A stretch of 64,000 nucleotides of DNA from a bacterium (GTDB lineage Bacteria > Bdellovibrionota_C > UBA2361 > CALJRW01). The translations under genes were made by a program, and so were the position numbers. The stretch is from the NCBI GenBank assembly GCA_031385045.1, contig JANNBC010000016.1:1-64000 (forward strand), in the 5' to 3' direction. The notes beneath the pieces are model-generated. The model was not told the DNA's origin, searched no databases, and worked only from the letters and a program-made list of their open reading frames with translations. Shown here one piece after another: positions 30,781-41,276 of the stretch (position 1 is the stretch's first letter; every line of letters begins with the position of its first letter).

Positions 30781-31770
30781 ATGAGTAATATTGAAGAAAG
30801 ACTGAATAATTTTCGAGAGACCTTTGGTCAAGTGGAGTCCGAAATTAGCAAGGTTATTGTCGGACAAAAGGACATTATTAGAGGAACGCTGGGAGCCATT
30901 TTTAGCGGAGGACACGTCCTACTTGAAGGTGTACCAGGGTTAGGTAAGACACTTTTAGTTAATTCAATCGCTAGGGCACTAGGCTTAAACTTTAAGCGGA
31001 TTCAATTCACTCCAGATTTAATGCCCAGTGATATTACTGGAACAGAGATCTTAAATGAAGGTGATGACGGCAAGAAGCAATTTATTTTTATGCCAGGGCC
31101 ACTTTTTGCCAATATCATTTTAGCTGATGAAATTAACCGAGCTACTGCCAAAACTCAGGCTGCTTTGTTAGAAGCGATGGAGGAAAAACAGATTACAGTC
31201 ATGGGGAAAACTCATCCGCTCCAAACTCCGTTCTTTGTTTTGGCAACGCAAAATCCTGTTGAGCTAGAAGGTACTTACCCTCTACCAGAGGCTCAGTTAG
31301 ATCGTTTTATGATTAAGTTAGTTCTTAAGTTGCCGAGTGAGCCAGAGATGCAAGAGATCCTAACTAGAACCACAGGTTCTAATATTCCTCTAGCAACTGC
31401 GGTACTAGAAGAATTTAATCCGGCAGAAAAAATTAATGAATTAAAATCTTTAGTTCGTGAAGTGGTTGTACCTAAGCCCTTACAAGAAGTTTTGGTGCGA
31501 ATGCTTTCTGCTTTAAATCCTGATTCCAATTTTGCAACAGAAAAAGTTAAGAAATATGTTAGGTTTGGATCAGGTCCACGCGGTGCGCAAGCAACAGTCC
31601 TTTTTTCTAAAGTGTCAGCTTTACTGGCCGGACGAATGAATATCGACTTTGTTGATTTGCAAACTGCATTAATTCCTTGCCTCCGTCATCGCTTGATTCT
31701 TAACTTTCAAGCTGAAGCTGAAGGCGTTACTGCGGAAGAAATTATTTCAGAAATTGTTAAAGCTAAGTAA
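30781..31770 (+). CDS. moxR: MoxR-family AAA+ ATPase
   Basis: HVLLEGVPGLGKT, RIQFTPDLMPSDITG, ADEINRA, ATQNP.E.EGTYPLPEAQLDRF. Confidence 0.95.
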   Translation: MSNIEERLNNFRETFGQVESEISKVIVGQKDIIRGTLGAIFSGGHVLLEGVPGLGKTLLVNSIARALGLNFKRIQFTPDLMPSDITGTEILNEGDDGKKQFIFMPGPLFANIILADEINRATAKTQAALLEAMEEKQITVMGKTHPLQTPFFVLATQNPVELEGTYPLPEAQLDRFMIKLVLKLPSEPEMQEILTRTTGSNIPLATAVLEEFNPAEKINELKSLVREVVVPKPLQEVLVRMLSALNPDSNFATEKVKKYVRFGSGPRGAQATVLFSKVSALLAGRMNIDFVDLQTALIPCLRHRLILNFQAEAEGVTAEEIISEIVKAK

Positions 31771-31775
31771 GATCT

Positions 31776-32645
31776 ATGCCTTTGCCTGAATCCTTTACAC
31801 CGCAACTCTTAAGACAGCTAGAGTTGCAACAAGTTAAAGCGCGCAAAGCTTTTCTAGGTTCACGGCAAGGAGCCCATTATTCTCCCAAGCGCGGACATGG
31901 AATTGAATTTTCTGATTTTAGGCAGTATCAACCAGGCGATGATCTAAGACATATTGATTGGAACTTAGTTGCTCGCTCAGAACGCTTTTACATCAAACGT
32001 TTTAGGGAAGAACAGGACCTTTTGGTGCATTTGATCCTCGATAATTCGGCCTCCATGTTTAATCCCGGAGCTGCCAAGTGGAATCGAGTAGTGGAGCTGG
32101 CTTTGGCAATTGGCTACTTATCTAGCATGCAACAAGATCGCTTGCAGTTAGCGGTTCCGGGGCATTTTATAGGCAAAAAGTATTCTGGTAAAAACTTAGT
32201 TTATAAATTAGCCGATGACTTGAATTTGGTTCGTAGTAACCCAACAGTGACATTTGATGCCGATTTAAAACTGAGCTTTACTGCCACAAATTTTCCAGGT
32301 GTTGCCTACTATATCTCGGACTTTTTAGATGATCCTGAAAAGATTAAAGCCAATTTCCAAACTTTACTTGCTCGTAATTTAGATTTGCGAGTGATTCAAG
32401 TTTTAACTCCGGAAGAAAAACTTCCTCAGATTGGCACAAAGATGATTGCCATCGATAGTGAGACTGGGCAGGAAGTTCCCTTAGAAGTAACCGCGAGTAG
32501 TTTAGTCGAGTATCAGAAGGCTTTTAATGCTCATCAAAAAGATTGGCAAGAGTATGCCTATCAGCGACAAATCGCTTGGTATAGTTGTGATACAAGTGAA
32601 AAGCTAGCCGATATTTGCAGGTCTGTTTTGGGAGTTAGTAAATGA
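31776..32645 (+). CDS. DUF58 (VWA-like) protein
   Basis: G.EFSDFRQYQPGDDLRHIDWN, DNSASM, ISDF. Confidence 0.9.
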   Translation: MPLPESFTPQLLRQLELQQVKARKAFLGSRQGAHYSPKRGHGIEFSDFRQYQPGDDLRHIDWNLVARSERFYIKRFREEQDLLVHLILDNSASMFNPGAAKWNRVVELALAIGYLSSMQQDRLQLAVPGHFIGKKYSGKNLVYKLADDLNLVRSNPTVTFDADLKLSFTATNFPGVAYYISDFLDDPEKIKANFQTLLARNLDLRVIQVLTPEEKLPQIGTKMIAIDSETGQEVPLEVTASSLVEYQKAFNAHQKDWQEYAYQRQIAWYSCDTSEKLADICRSVLGVSK

Positions 32646-34432
32646 ATCTTGGTTTTACTGCCCCAGGATTTTTGTTATTAGCATTTCCTGCAATTGGGTT
32701 TTTAATTTTCGCCTATCTAAATCGTGGACAAGCAAAGCGCCAATTTGTATCCAGCACAATTATCTTTAAGCAACTAAAGAATCGACCGAATGTGCGCGAG
32801 AAAGTAAAATTACCTTGGAGATTTTTTTATGAATTATTACTTTTAACATTATTACTTTTAGCAATTGCCGGATTTTATTGGCAATCACCTGGGAAATATT
32901 GGCAGGTGATTATTGATAATTCTTTAAGTCTTTCTGCTGTTGCTGATGCTAGCAGTTCTAGAAATATCTTGGCCTTAAATATTGCGCAATTAAAAAATGA
33001 TCGGCAAGATCGCTTTAAGAATTTGTCAGGAATAAAAGTTTGTCTTACGGCTCCCAGCTTTCAATGTTGGTCCGAAGGATTTGAATCTTGGGAAGCGGTA
33101 AGCTCGAAATTAAATAATATTCCAGCTATTCCAGCGAATGATTCACTAGAAAGTGTCCTGGGATCCTTAACAATTGCTCCCAAAGTAAATTTAACAATTT
33201 ACAGTGATTACTTAAGTAATAGTCGACAATCTAATAATTTTAGACTTTCTACAGTTCGTACTGGAGAACTTGGTAATTTAGCGATTACAGAAATTATCTC
33301 TCGCCCGAATCATACAGTTAGTGTTGGTATTCAAGCATTCGTATCTACGCCAATTCAAAAAAAGGTTAAACTTTATTCTTTAGTGGAAAATTCCAAAGGA
33401 TTAGAAGTCGCTGAAATTAAAGAGGCGAACTTTAAAGCTAATCCAGAAGAGAAAGTTTTTGTAGATTTTAAGATTTTTAATAACATTAGAGCTGTAATTG
33501 CTGAAATTGATCCTGCTGGAATAAGCTCGGCAATTGATGCTATTAGTGCTGATAATATTAGTTATCAAGTAATAAATCAGCAGGTAAGTGCTGCCGTATT
33601 ATTAGTAAGTAAAAATTCCCTTGCTGAAAGTGGATTGGAGGCAGTCTTTCCTGGGAAGCTTAAGTTGCTATCTCCGGAGGAATATCAAGCAGTTCCAGAA
33701 GATGCTCAGAAATATTCTTTGATAATTTTTGATAATTATATACCGAGTAAGTTTCCTAGCTCCAATCATCTAATTGTTGCCAGCAATGCTGAGCCTGGTG
33801 TGTTAGAAACAACTTTACAGAGGTCCCCGAAGATTACTAGTTGGGACAAAGAGAGTTCTTTGCTTCGGTATTTATCCCCCGATAATTTTAGCTTTAAAAA
33901 TGTTTGGTCAGCGAAGCTGCCGAGCTGGTTCCAACCTGTGATTACTAGTAATAATCAGACGATTCTGGCAACTGGTTTCCAAGGTCCGATTAGATCGATT
34001 TATTGGGGGTTTCCCTTATTGCCACTTGAGAAAAGTAATAATCAAGCACTAGCAATACTTAGTCTGAATGCCTTTAAGTGGCTAGAAGAAGAGAGCCAGT
34101 CTCCACTTAGTTTTCAGGGCGAAACTTTGGCCTATGTTTTAAAAGACCAACAGTTGGAATCTGAGAAGATTAATGGCAATTGGGAATTAGCTGCTGGTAT
34201 TATTCAAAGTGTCAGTGAAAATAAAGTTAATTTTATTGCTAAAAATTTCTACTCTGAAGAAGAATCTAATTTATTGGCAGTTAGAAAAATTGCCCTTCCA
34301 ATATTAACAAGAAACTCAGACAAATCCGATTTAATTAATACCAATCCCAATCTAAATCAGCTGATCTGGCTAGCTTGGTTAATGTTACTGGCGTCTTTCT
34401 TTATTTGGCGAAAGGGGAAAGCAAAAGCATGA
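32642..34432 (+). CDS. BatA-type N-terminal membrane anchor + VWA-like protein
   Basis: N-terminal BatA-like double TM, IIDNSLSL (DxSxS), C-terminal TM. Confidence 0.75.
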   Translation: MNLGFTAPGFLLLAFPAIGFLIFAYLNRGQAKRQFVSSTIIFKQLKNRPNVREKVKLPWRFFYELLLLTLLLLAIAGFYWQSPGKYWQVIIDNSLSLSAVADASSSRNILALNIAQLKNDRQDRFKNLSGIKVCLTAPSFQCWSEGFESWEAVSSKLNNIPAIPANDSLESVLGSLTIAPKVNLTIYSDYLSNSRQSNNFRLSTVRTGELGNLAITEIISRPNHTVSVGIQAFVSTPIQKKVKLYSLVENSKGLEVAEIKEANFKANPEEKVFVDFKIFNNIRAVIAEIDPAGISSAIDAISADNISYQVINQQVSAAVLLVSKNSLAESGLEAVFPGKLKLLSPEEYQAVPEDAQKYSLIIFDNYIPSKFPSSNHLIVASNAEPGVLETTLQRSPKITSWDKESSLLRYLSPDNFSFKNVWSAKLPSWFQPVITSNNQTILATGFQGPIRSIYWGFPLLPLEKSNNQALAILSLNAFKWLEEESQSPLSFQGETLAYVLKDQQLESEKINGNWELAAGIIQSVSENKVNFIAKNFYSEEESNLLAVRKIALPILTRNSDKSDLINTNPNLNQLIWLAWLMLLASFFIWRKGKAKA

Positions 34433-36933
34433 GTTATTTTTCACTCAATAATTTTTGGATTTTGCTTTTAGTAATTCCAACATTACTCTCGTTTTTTCTG
34501 TTAAAACAGGAAAAGAGTCTTCGCGTAAAGGTATTAGAAGCTCTAGCACTTCTAATGTTAGTCTTAGCCTTGGCTCAGCCTGTCACTAAGAAAGAAATTA
34601 TCGCTAACGGCGTAATTGTAGCAGTTGATCGCTCTGCTAGCATTACTCCAGAACTAATAGCTAATTTTAAAGAACGTCTAGCTAAGTTAGCTTTGCCGAC
34701 AGACACTAAGTATCTTTCATTTGCTGGAGGCTTAGGGACTCTTGAGTCTAGTTTAAGTGATGCCTATCAAGGGTCAATTGATCAGCTAAAAGCCAGTAAT
34801 TTTGAAAATTTAATTAATTATTTCCCACAGACACCACTCGTTCTGCTTTCTGATGGTCAAGAAAATTCAGGAAATGCGCTCACTGCTTTACAGCTTCGGG
34901 GACGAGATGCCCCAGTCTATCCAATTGTCTTGGATGGTGAAGAGATTATTGCTGGCTTTGAAATTAAAAAATTAACTGTCCCACTTTTATCTGATGCCGG
35001 TATTAAGCAGGATTTAAGTTTGTTGTTTAAGAATTTTACGGCCGGCCAAGTTTCTGGAAAAATTGTTATTAAGCAAGAAGATCAAGTCCTAAAGGAAGAA
35101 GAGAAAGAGTTATCTGCACAGGAAGTTTTAAATTATTCATTTACTACTAATGAGCTAAAGTCTGGCCTTAATAAGTTTAGCGTTGAATTTAAAGATGCTA
35201 ATATTCTAATTGAACAACTTGTTTTTTATATTACAGGCAAAGAAAAAAATCAGGTCTTAATTCTTACATCTAGTCAGGCTGAAACCAAGATCCTAGAGCG
35301 AGCCCTAGTAGAGCAAAAATATCAGATTGTTACTCAAGATTCATCCCAGCAAGCTGTTGCCGTAGATGATTTAAGTAAGTTTCAAATTATTTTCTTAAAT
35401 AATATTCCCTTCAAAGATTTGCCCAATAAATTGGTAGACTCGCTTACTACTTATCTAAAAGAGGGCGGAGCCCTGATGATGCTTGGTGGTAATAAAAGTT
35501 TTGGTTTAGGTGGATACAAGGGAACGATTGTAGAAGATGTCTTGCCGGTAGATCTACTTGAGCCAGAAAAAATTAAGCAACGAGTAAACGTGGCTGTTTC
35601 TTTGGTACTAGATAAGTCAGGGAGTATGCGTACGAGCCAGAGAATGGATTATACAAAGTTAGCCTCACGCTCCGTGATTGATGCCTTAAAAGATGATGAC
35701 TACTTTGGATTAATTGGTTTTGATAATCAGCCTTTTATTGCCCTTAACATGCAACAGCTCACTGCTAGTAATCGAGATAAGGCTACCAAGCGTGTCGATC
35801 TACTTTTCCCAAATGGTGGTACAAGTTTATATCCTGCCATGGATGTTGCTAGGCAAGAGTTGGAATTAGCTAAGGCTGGCCGAAAGCATATGATTATTCT
35901 GACAGACGGACGACTACCAGATGAGGCTCAGCTAGGTACTAGTTATGTTAACTTAGCCCGAGAATTAAAAGCCATAAATATTTCTGTTTCTACATTTTTA
36001 ATTGGTTCTGATGATTCTAAGCTACTTAAAGAGATTGCTTCTTTTGGTGGTGGAACATTTCATCAAACAATGGATGCTCAAAGTCTACCGCGATTATTTT
36101 TAGATGATGTGCGAATTAATACAGCTGAAAAAACTCAAAAAGAATTTTCTGAATATCCAGTTAAGAAGGATAAAAGCTCTGTTGGCCAAATAACTAAACT
36201 AACAGACTTCCCGAGTCTCTTAGGGTATGTCGAAACAAAGGTTAAAAAAGAAGCTCAGTTAGAGTTAGTTACTACCGCAGTTAATGATGATCCAATTCTT
36301 GCTGGATGGAATTATAAAGGTGGGGGGCGGGTGGTCGCCTTCACTAGTGATCTTTCTGGACGTTGGTCAAAAAACTGGATTGGATGGAAATCTATTTATG
36401 ATTTTTTAGAACAAGTTTTAGCATACTTAACACCGACTCAAGATGGCAGATTGTTTTCTGATTTCGATTTTGATTATTTGATTAAAGGGCAGAGATTACA
36501 ACTTAACTTGACTACTTACCAAAGTGCTTTCCAAGTTGGTGATTTTCCTTTGCATATAACCTGGGCGGATAATTCAGAAGAAGATCTTAGCTTTCTTACT
36601 ATCAATAAAGGATATTATCAGGCAGATCTGCAGGCGCCTGTTGCTGGCCTTGCAAAGATTAAGCTAGGAACTCCAGATGGTCGCGATCATCAGTTTATGA
36701 TTGATATTCCCAATCCGGATGAAGTGGAAAAACCAATGGGAATTAACCAGGCTTTTTTAAGTTCATTAGCTAGTCTAAGTGGTGGCGAAGTTAATCCAAC
36801 TGAAATCAAAGCTACTGCAACTGCTGAATCTAAAGTGGTCGAAAAATCTTGGCAGGCATTCTTTTTATTACTTTCCTTAGTTTTGATCCTAGCATCCATT
36901 TGTAGTCGTGAAGGAATTTTTTCTAGAAAATAA
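34429..36933 (+). CDS. Membrane protein with two VWA domains and a GATase1-like domain
   Basis: VDRSAS...LSDG; GGALMMLGG.KSFGLGGY; LDKSGSM..GGT..LTDG; G.GRVVAFTSD. Confidence 0.85.
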   Translation: MSYFSLNNFWILLLVIPTLLSFFLLKQEKSLRVKVLEALALLMLVLALAQPVTKKEIIANGVIVAVDRSASITPELIANFKERLAKLALPTDTKYLSFAGGLGTLESSLSDAYQGSIDQLKASNFENLINYFPQTPLVLLSDGQENSGNALTALQLRGRDAPVYPIVLDGEEIIAGFEIKKLTVPLLSDAGIKQDLSLLFKNFTAGQVSGKIVIKQEDQVLKEEEKELSAQEVLNYSFTTNELKSGLNKFSVEFKDANILIEQLVFYITGKEKNQVLILTSSQAETKILERALVEQKYQIVTQDSSQQAVAVDDLSKFQIIFLNNIPFKDLPNKLVDSLTTYLKEGGALMMLGGNKSFGLGGYKGTIVEDVLPVDLLEPEKIKQRVNVAVSLVLDKSGSMRTSQRMDYTKLASRSVIDALKDDDYFGLIGFDNQPFIALNMQQLTASNRDKATKRVDLLFPNGGTSLYPAMDVARQELELAKAGRKHMIILTDGRLPDEAQLGTSYVNLARELKAINISVSTFLIGSDDSKLLKEIASFGGGTFHQTMDAQSLPRLFLDDVRINTAEKTQKEFSEYPVKKDKSSVGQITKLTDFPSLLGYVETKVKKEAQLELVTTAVNDDPILAGWNYKGGGRVVAFTSDLSGRWSKNWIGWKSIYDFLEQVLAYLTPTQDGRLFSDFDFDYLIKGQRLQLNLTTYQSAFQVGDFPLHITWADNSEEDLSFLTINKGYYQADLQAPVAGLAKIKLGTPDGRDHQFMIDIPNPDEVEKPMGINQAFLSSLASLSGGEVNPTEIKATATAESKVVEKSWQAFFLLLSLVLILASICSREGIFSRK

Positions 36934-37002
36934 AATATCTAAATCTAATTATAGTAATGACAAAAAATAATTTACGTTAGTAAATTAAACAGAGTTATTA
37001 CG

Positions 37003-37144
37003 GCTAATGCAAATCTTGGATTCTTGTCAGGCCAAAGCATTTGCGGCGGCGGATATCCAAGTTTGCATAGCTAAAAACAACATAAATAGTGAGTCCAAGC
37101 AAAATCGTTAGTTTTTAAAGTAATTTATTTCTTGGACTCACTAT
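37003..37144. repeat. Two long inverted repeats (hairpin enclosing a REP-like unit; 14-bp TIR mini-element)
   Basis: 37003-37021 pairs imperfectly with 37055-37071; ATAGTGAGTCCAAG (37086-37099) / CTTGGACTCACTAT (37131-37144). Confidence 0.65.
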
Positions 37145-37280
37145 AATCTTTTTTTGAGTAGCATTAAAATTACTTGATCCTAAGCTAATGCTAGAAAATA
37201 CATTTTTAACTTTCAAGATTTTCAAATCTGCAACATCCTATATAATATGAGAGCTACGCTGACGTTTATTAGCTCTAAAT

Positions 37281-38213
37281 TTATAAAGATTCTAGGTAGC
37301 GCTCGGCTTCGATTGCCGCCATACATCCACTACCCGCGGCAGTAATTGCTTGTCGGTAAACTTTATCTCGAACATCACCACAGGCAAAAACTCCGGCAAC
37401 TGTTGTTTTGGTGGAATCTGGAGCTGTAATAATGTACCCATCCGAGTCTAAGTCTAATTGATTTTGAAATAGTTGCGAATTAGGAACATGGCCAATCGCC
37501 ATAAAGATACCTGTTAGCTCAAGTTCTCGCTTTGAATTATCTAGCGTGCTGGTTAAGATTACTTTTTGAAGTCCAGTTGGCTTTTCTCCAATTAGCTCGC
37601 TCACTCCACTGTTCCAAATCATTTCAATTTTAGGATTTTTAAAGACTCGATCTTGCATAATTTTTGATGCCCGTAATTGATCGCGGCGATGAATTAAATA
37701 AACTTTTTTGGCAAAGCGCGTTAAGAAAAGTGCCTCTTCGCAGGCTGAGTCACCACCCCCAACAACGGCAATTGTTTGTTCACGAAAGAATGCTCCATCA
37801 CAAGTAGCACAAGTAGATACACCAAAGCCAATTAAGCTTTTTTCATTCGGAAGATCTAAGTAACGAGGATTCGCACCAGTTGCGATAATTAAGGCATCGG
37901 CGGTGAATGTTTCCTCTGCCGTAATAATTTTATATGGACGTTGTAACAAATCAACTTTTTCAACTAATGTAGTTTGAAATGTACAGCCAAAGCGCTTGGC
38001 TTGATTTTCCATTTCAAGCATCAAATCAGGCCCTAGAATACCATCAACAAACCCAGGGTAGTTTTCTACCTCGGTAGTAGTTGTTAGTTGACCTCCTGGC
38101 ATAGCACCTTGAATTAATAGGGGAGCTAAGTTAGCTCGTGCCGCATAGATCGCCGCGGTGTAACCTGCAGGACCTGAGCCAATAATAATAATCTCGAAAT
38201 GTTTAGTAGTCAT
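37281..38213 (-). CDS. trxB: Thioredoxin reductase
   Basis: GSGPAG, VENYPG, CATCDG, GGGDSA, YRQAITAAG. Confidence 0.97.
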   Translation of the reverse strand: MTTKHFEIIIIGSGPAGYTAAIYAARANLAPLLIQGAMPGGQLTTTTEVENYPGFVDGILGPDLMLEMENQAKRFGCTFQTTLVEKVDLLQRPYKIITAEETFTADALIIATGANPRYLDLPNEKSLIGFGVSTCATCDGAFFREQTIAVVGGGDSACEEALFLTRFAKKVYLIHRRDQLRASKIMQDRVFKNPKIEMIWNSGVSELIGEKPTGLQKVILTSTLDNSKRELELTGIFMAIGHVPNSQLFQNQLDLDSDGYIITAPDSTKTTVAGVFACGDVRDKVYRQAITAAGSGCMAAIEAERYLESL

Positions 38214-38222
38214 ACCTATACG

Positions 38223-38930
38223 TTAATGATTCTTAATAAAATCCGCAAGGTAAGCGGGCAAGGGAGCAGTAAAATCTATTTTTTTAGAAAATTGGTTTTT
38301 GGGAAGGCACAGACGATATCCATGAAGCAGGAATGAAGGAAAATTGTTGATCTGTAAATCAGTAAACGAGACTTGACTTCCATAAAGGGTATCGCCAATT
38401 AGTGGAATATTTAAATGTCCAGCTTGAGCCCGCACTTGATGTCGCCGACCAAAACTTGTGGTTGCTCTGATTAGAAAGATGTTTTTATTAATGATTGCTT
38501 TCTCTGGTGAATATAAAGTTTCGGCATAAAGTGATCTAGCAACGCCTTTTTCTAGGATTGATACTTTTTTACTTCCACGATATCGAGAGAATAGATAATT
38601 CTTTGCCCAGACTGGCTTGGCAAGTTTTTGATTACTTAATAGTAGGTACTCTTTCACAACCTGATGTTTCTTGATTTGATCTTTAAAGAAATTAAAAGCT
38701 ATAGAATTTTTGGCGACTAGCTGGCATCCCGACGTTTCAAAATCAAGTCTCTGAAGCAAGCCACCTTCATTATTAATTTTAAAGTTTTCTGGATAATCTT
38801 TTTTTAAAAAATCAGTAATTGTTAAATCTGTGTTTTTACCAGCTGTTGAATGAATTGCTGTTGGCTTATTAAGAACTAGAATGCTTTCATTTTCAAAGAT
38901 GATTTGATAGCTTGTATTTTTCTCTGACAT
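38223..38930 (-). CDS. RluA-family pseudouridine synthase
   Basis: NKP, QRLDFETSG, GRRHQVR, PLIGDTLYG. Confidence 0.9.
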   Translation of the reverse strand: MSEKNTSYQIIFENESILVLNKPTAIHSTAGKNTDLTITDFLKKDYPENFKINNEGGLLQRLDFETSGCQLVAKNSIAFNFFKDQIKKHQVVKEYLLLSNQKLAKPVWAKNYLFSRYRGSKKVSILEKGVARSLYAETLYSPEKAIINKNIFLIRATTSFGRRHQVRAQAGHLNIPLIGDTLYGSQVSFTDLQINNFPSFLLHGYRLCLPKNQFSKKIDFTAPLPAYLADFIKNH

Positions 38931-38942
38931 AAATTGACTATA

Positions 38943-39425
38943 ATGAAGAATTTAACTCTTAAGCAAGTGCTTCAAAAGTACTCCGAAGGTCCACAGACTG
39001 GAATTTTCACTGATGGTGGATCTCGTCCTAATCCCGGCCCAGGTGGGTGGGGCGTTGTTCGAGTGGACAATGGTGAGATTGTTAAACATCTTTACGGATC
39101 AGATCCAATGACTACTAACAATCGCATGGAGATGACGGCGATTATTAATGCCTTGAATTCTATTGAGCCAATGGAAGCAATCACGATTTATGCTGATAGC
39201 CAGCTTTGTATTAATACTTTAACAACTTGGGCGAAGTCCTGGGAGCGAAATGGCTGGAAAAAGAAAGGTGGAGAGATTAAGAATTTAGATTTAGTTCAAG
39301 AGGCCTACCAACTGTTTCAAAGTCGTCCAAATGTTCGCTTCGAATGGATTGCTGGTCATGGTGGATGGTTGTGGAATGAATATGTCGATTCACTTTCTGC
39401 TGCATGGGCAAGAGAAACATTATAG
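38943..39425 (+). CDS. rnhA: Ribonuclease HI
   Basis: TDGGSRPNPGPGGWG, TTNNRME, DSQ, WIAGH, NEYVD. Confidence 0.95.
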   Translation: MKNLTLKQVLQKYSEGPQTGIFTDGGSRPNPGPGGWGVVRVDNGEIVKHLYGSDPMTTNNRMEMTAIINALNSIEPMEAITIYADSQLCINTLTTWAKSWERNGWKKKGGEIKNLDLVQEAYQLFQSRPNVRFEWIAGHGGWLWNEYVDSLSAAWARETL

Positions 39426-39435
39426 GTTTAGAGAG

Positions 39436-40314
39436 TTACTCTAGCTCGCGACATTCTTTAATAATTTTTTCTAAGTATTGATCAGCTTGCTCGGCATCTT
39501 TTGCTTTGCCTAATTTTTTTACTGCCTCATTCCAACTGCCTAAATCATCTTTCTTCTCTAGTAGTAGGTTTAGGCCAAGGCGAATATTGTAAATTGGATG
39601 GTATAAGCTAATTGCTCCCAAGAATGGTAGATCTATTTTCTTAGTAATTAGACGAGCTTCGTTCGGGTGAATTTGCAATAATCCCACTCGACCATCAGCA
39701 CTCTCGGCATAACGATTAAAGCCAGATTCTTGACTGATTAAAATTGTTGTAATGATTGGATTAATCTTAACAGATTGGCTTTCTGTAATGATAATTGTTG
39801 CTAGCTCTTCTGCATTTAAGTTAGCCAGTTTTCGGCTAGCAATAAAACTAGTAATGATTTTTTGATAGTTTTTTGTTTCATCAAATTCAAAAATCTGATT
39901 ATTTTCTGGCGCAACTAAATCTATTGGCGTCTTTGCGTTAGTCTCTGTCGGTGGAGTTGTTGGAGTTACTTCCACGCTAACATCAGATGGTGGTTCAACC
40001 TTTAGGGTGCTCGCTTCTTCCTCTAAAGCCTCAGCATCCTTTGTCGTAATATCTTTTGCTGGCAAGAAAACATCCGTTTCTTTTTTAAAGACTTTTTTAA
40101 ATACTTCAGATTTTTCTAGCTCCTCAATCGATTTTTCCGTTTCGCTAAGAGTAGGATCTTCTGTGGTAATTTTAGGTGTAGAATCTTTTCTCTTCGCTAG
40201 AATCTTTACTGTTCCTAATACTAATGCTGACAGCACAAAACAAAATAAGCCTAACTTAATGATAACTTTAAGATAAGGAATCGACTTATTTGGTTGATGC
40301 TCAAGCGAGGTCAT
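39436..40314 (-). CDS. Membrane-anchored lytic transglycosylase (SLT domain)
   Basis: QESGF, GLLQI, NIRLG; motif III (AYN) absent. Confidence 0.8.
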   Translation of the reverse strand: MTSLEHQPNKSIPYLKVIIKLGLFCFVLSALVLGTVKILAKRKDSTPKITTEDPTLSETEKSIEELEKSEVFKKVFKKETDVFLPAKDITTKDAEALEEEASTLKVEPPSDVSVEVTPTTPPTETNAKTPIDLVAPENNQIFEFDETKNYQKIITSFIASRKLANLNAEELATIIITESQSVKINPIITTILISQESGFNRYAESADGRVGLLQIHPNEARLITKKIDLPFLGAISLYHPIYNIRLGLNLLLEKKDDLGSWNEAVKKLGKAKDAEQADQYLEKIIKECRELE

Positions 40315-40331
40315 TGGGACAATTCGGAGAA

Positions 40332-41195
40332 TTAAATTGTTTGCAGGATATTAATATCCTTAGAGCCAGAGTGGCGAATATACGCATTCTTCCAATTATC
40401 AGTTAATTTTTGAATTTTGGCACTGTAGCTTATGCTGATACTTGGAGGATTTTTCCCTTGTTTAACATTATTCGGTCCCCAGTTGTATGCAATCAGCATT
40501 TTATTGGTATTCCCAGAGAACATTTTCTTTAAATATTGGATATAGGAAATGCCTAGTCTAAGGTTAACAGTTGGATTATCTAAGGTGTGCAGTCCTTTCC
40601 ACTGGTAGTTAATTTTTCTGGCAATATATTCACCCGTTTTTGGCATGATCTGCATTAAGCCCCTAGCTCCAACCTTAGATCTAGCATGAGTACGGAAAGA
40701 GCTTTCCGAGAAAACCATCGCTGCTACAAAAAATGGGTCCTCATTTGCGATATAGCTCTCGCTAATAATTTTAAAAGCTAGTTCTTCCGGGTTAGAAATA
40801 TCATATTTAGTTTTGCTAATAATTTCTTCACTAAAAAATGCAATTAGCTTAGCAAATTCAATTTGAGCCTGATGATCTCCCGGTATATATACTGTCGGAG
40901 TATGACGGGAGATAAAGCCAGTGTTTAGTGTAAAATCTTCCCAGTAGTTATCTTTAGCAAAAATTTCTAATGAGGATGAAAGTTTATTATTAACTGCCAT
41001 TGGTATAACGCAGATAATTAAACTGGCAATTAGTAAGAAGCAGCCTAAGAGGCTGAGATCTAGTTTAGTAATCTTAGGTTGGTTGGAATTATCAGCTTCT
41101 ATTAATAATAGCTCTTCAACAACTAATTTATCATTAATAAAACCTGCTAACTCCATATAATAACATCGGATTTTGAATAGTATTTGCTTCAGCAT
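40332..41195 (-). CDS. Lytic transglycosylase (SLT domain)
   Basis: SESSF, GARGLMQIMP, AYNWGP; start may be ATG 41156. Confidence 0.88.
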   Translation of the reverse strand: MLKQILFKIRCYYMELAGFINDKLVVEELLLIEADNSNQPKITKLDLSLLGCFLLIASLIICVIPMAVNNKLSSSLEIFAKDNYWEDFTLNTGFISRHTPTVYIPGDHQAQIEFAKLIAFFSEEIISKTKYDISNPEELAFKIISESYIANEDPFFVAAMVFSESSFRTHARSKVGARGLMQIMPKTGEYIARKINYQWKGLHTLDNPTVNLRLGISYIQYLKKMFSGNTNKMLIAYNWGPNNVKQGKNPPSISISYSAKIQKLTDNWKNAYIRHSGSKDINILQTI

Positions 41196-41276
41196 AAGTT
41201 TTCTAGTAAAATCAAGTATTTGTAACTACAATCGAACTTCAGAAAGTTAGATGACCCTTTTTGCACACCTAGATTC

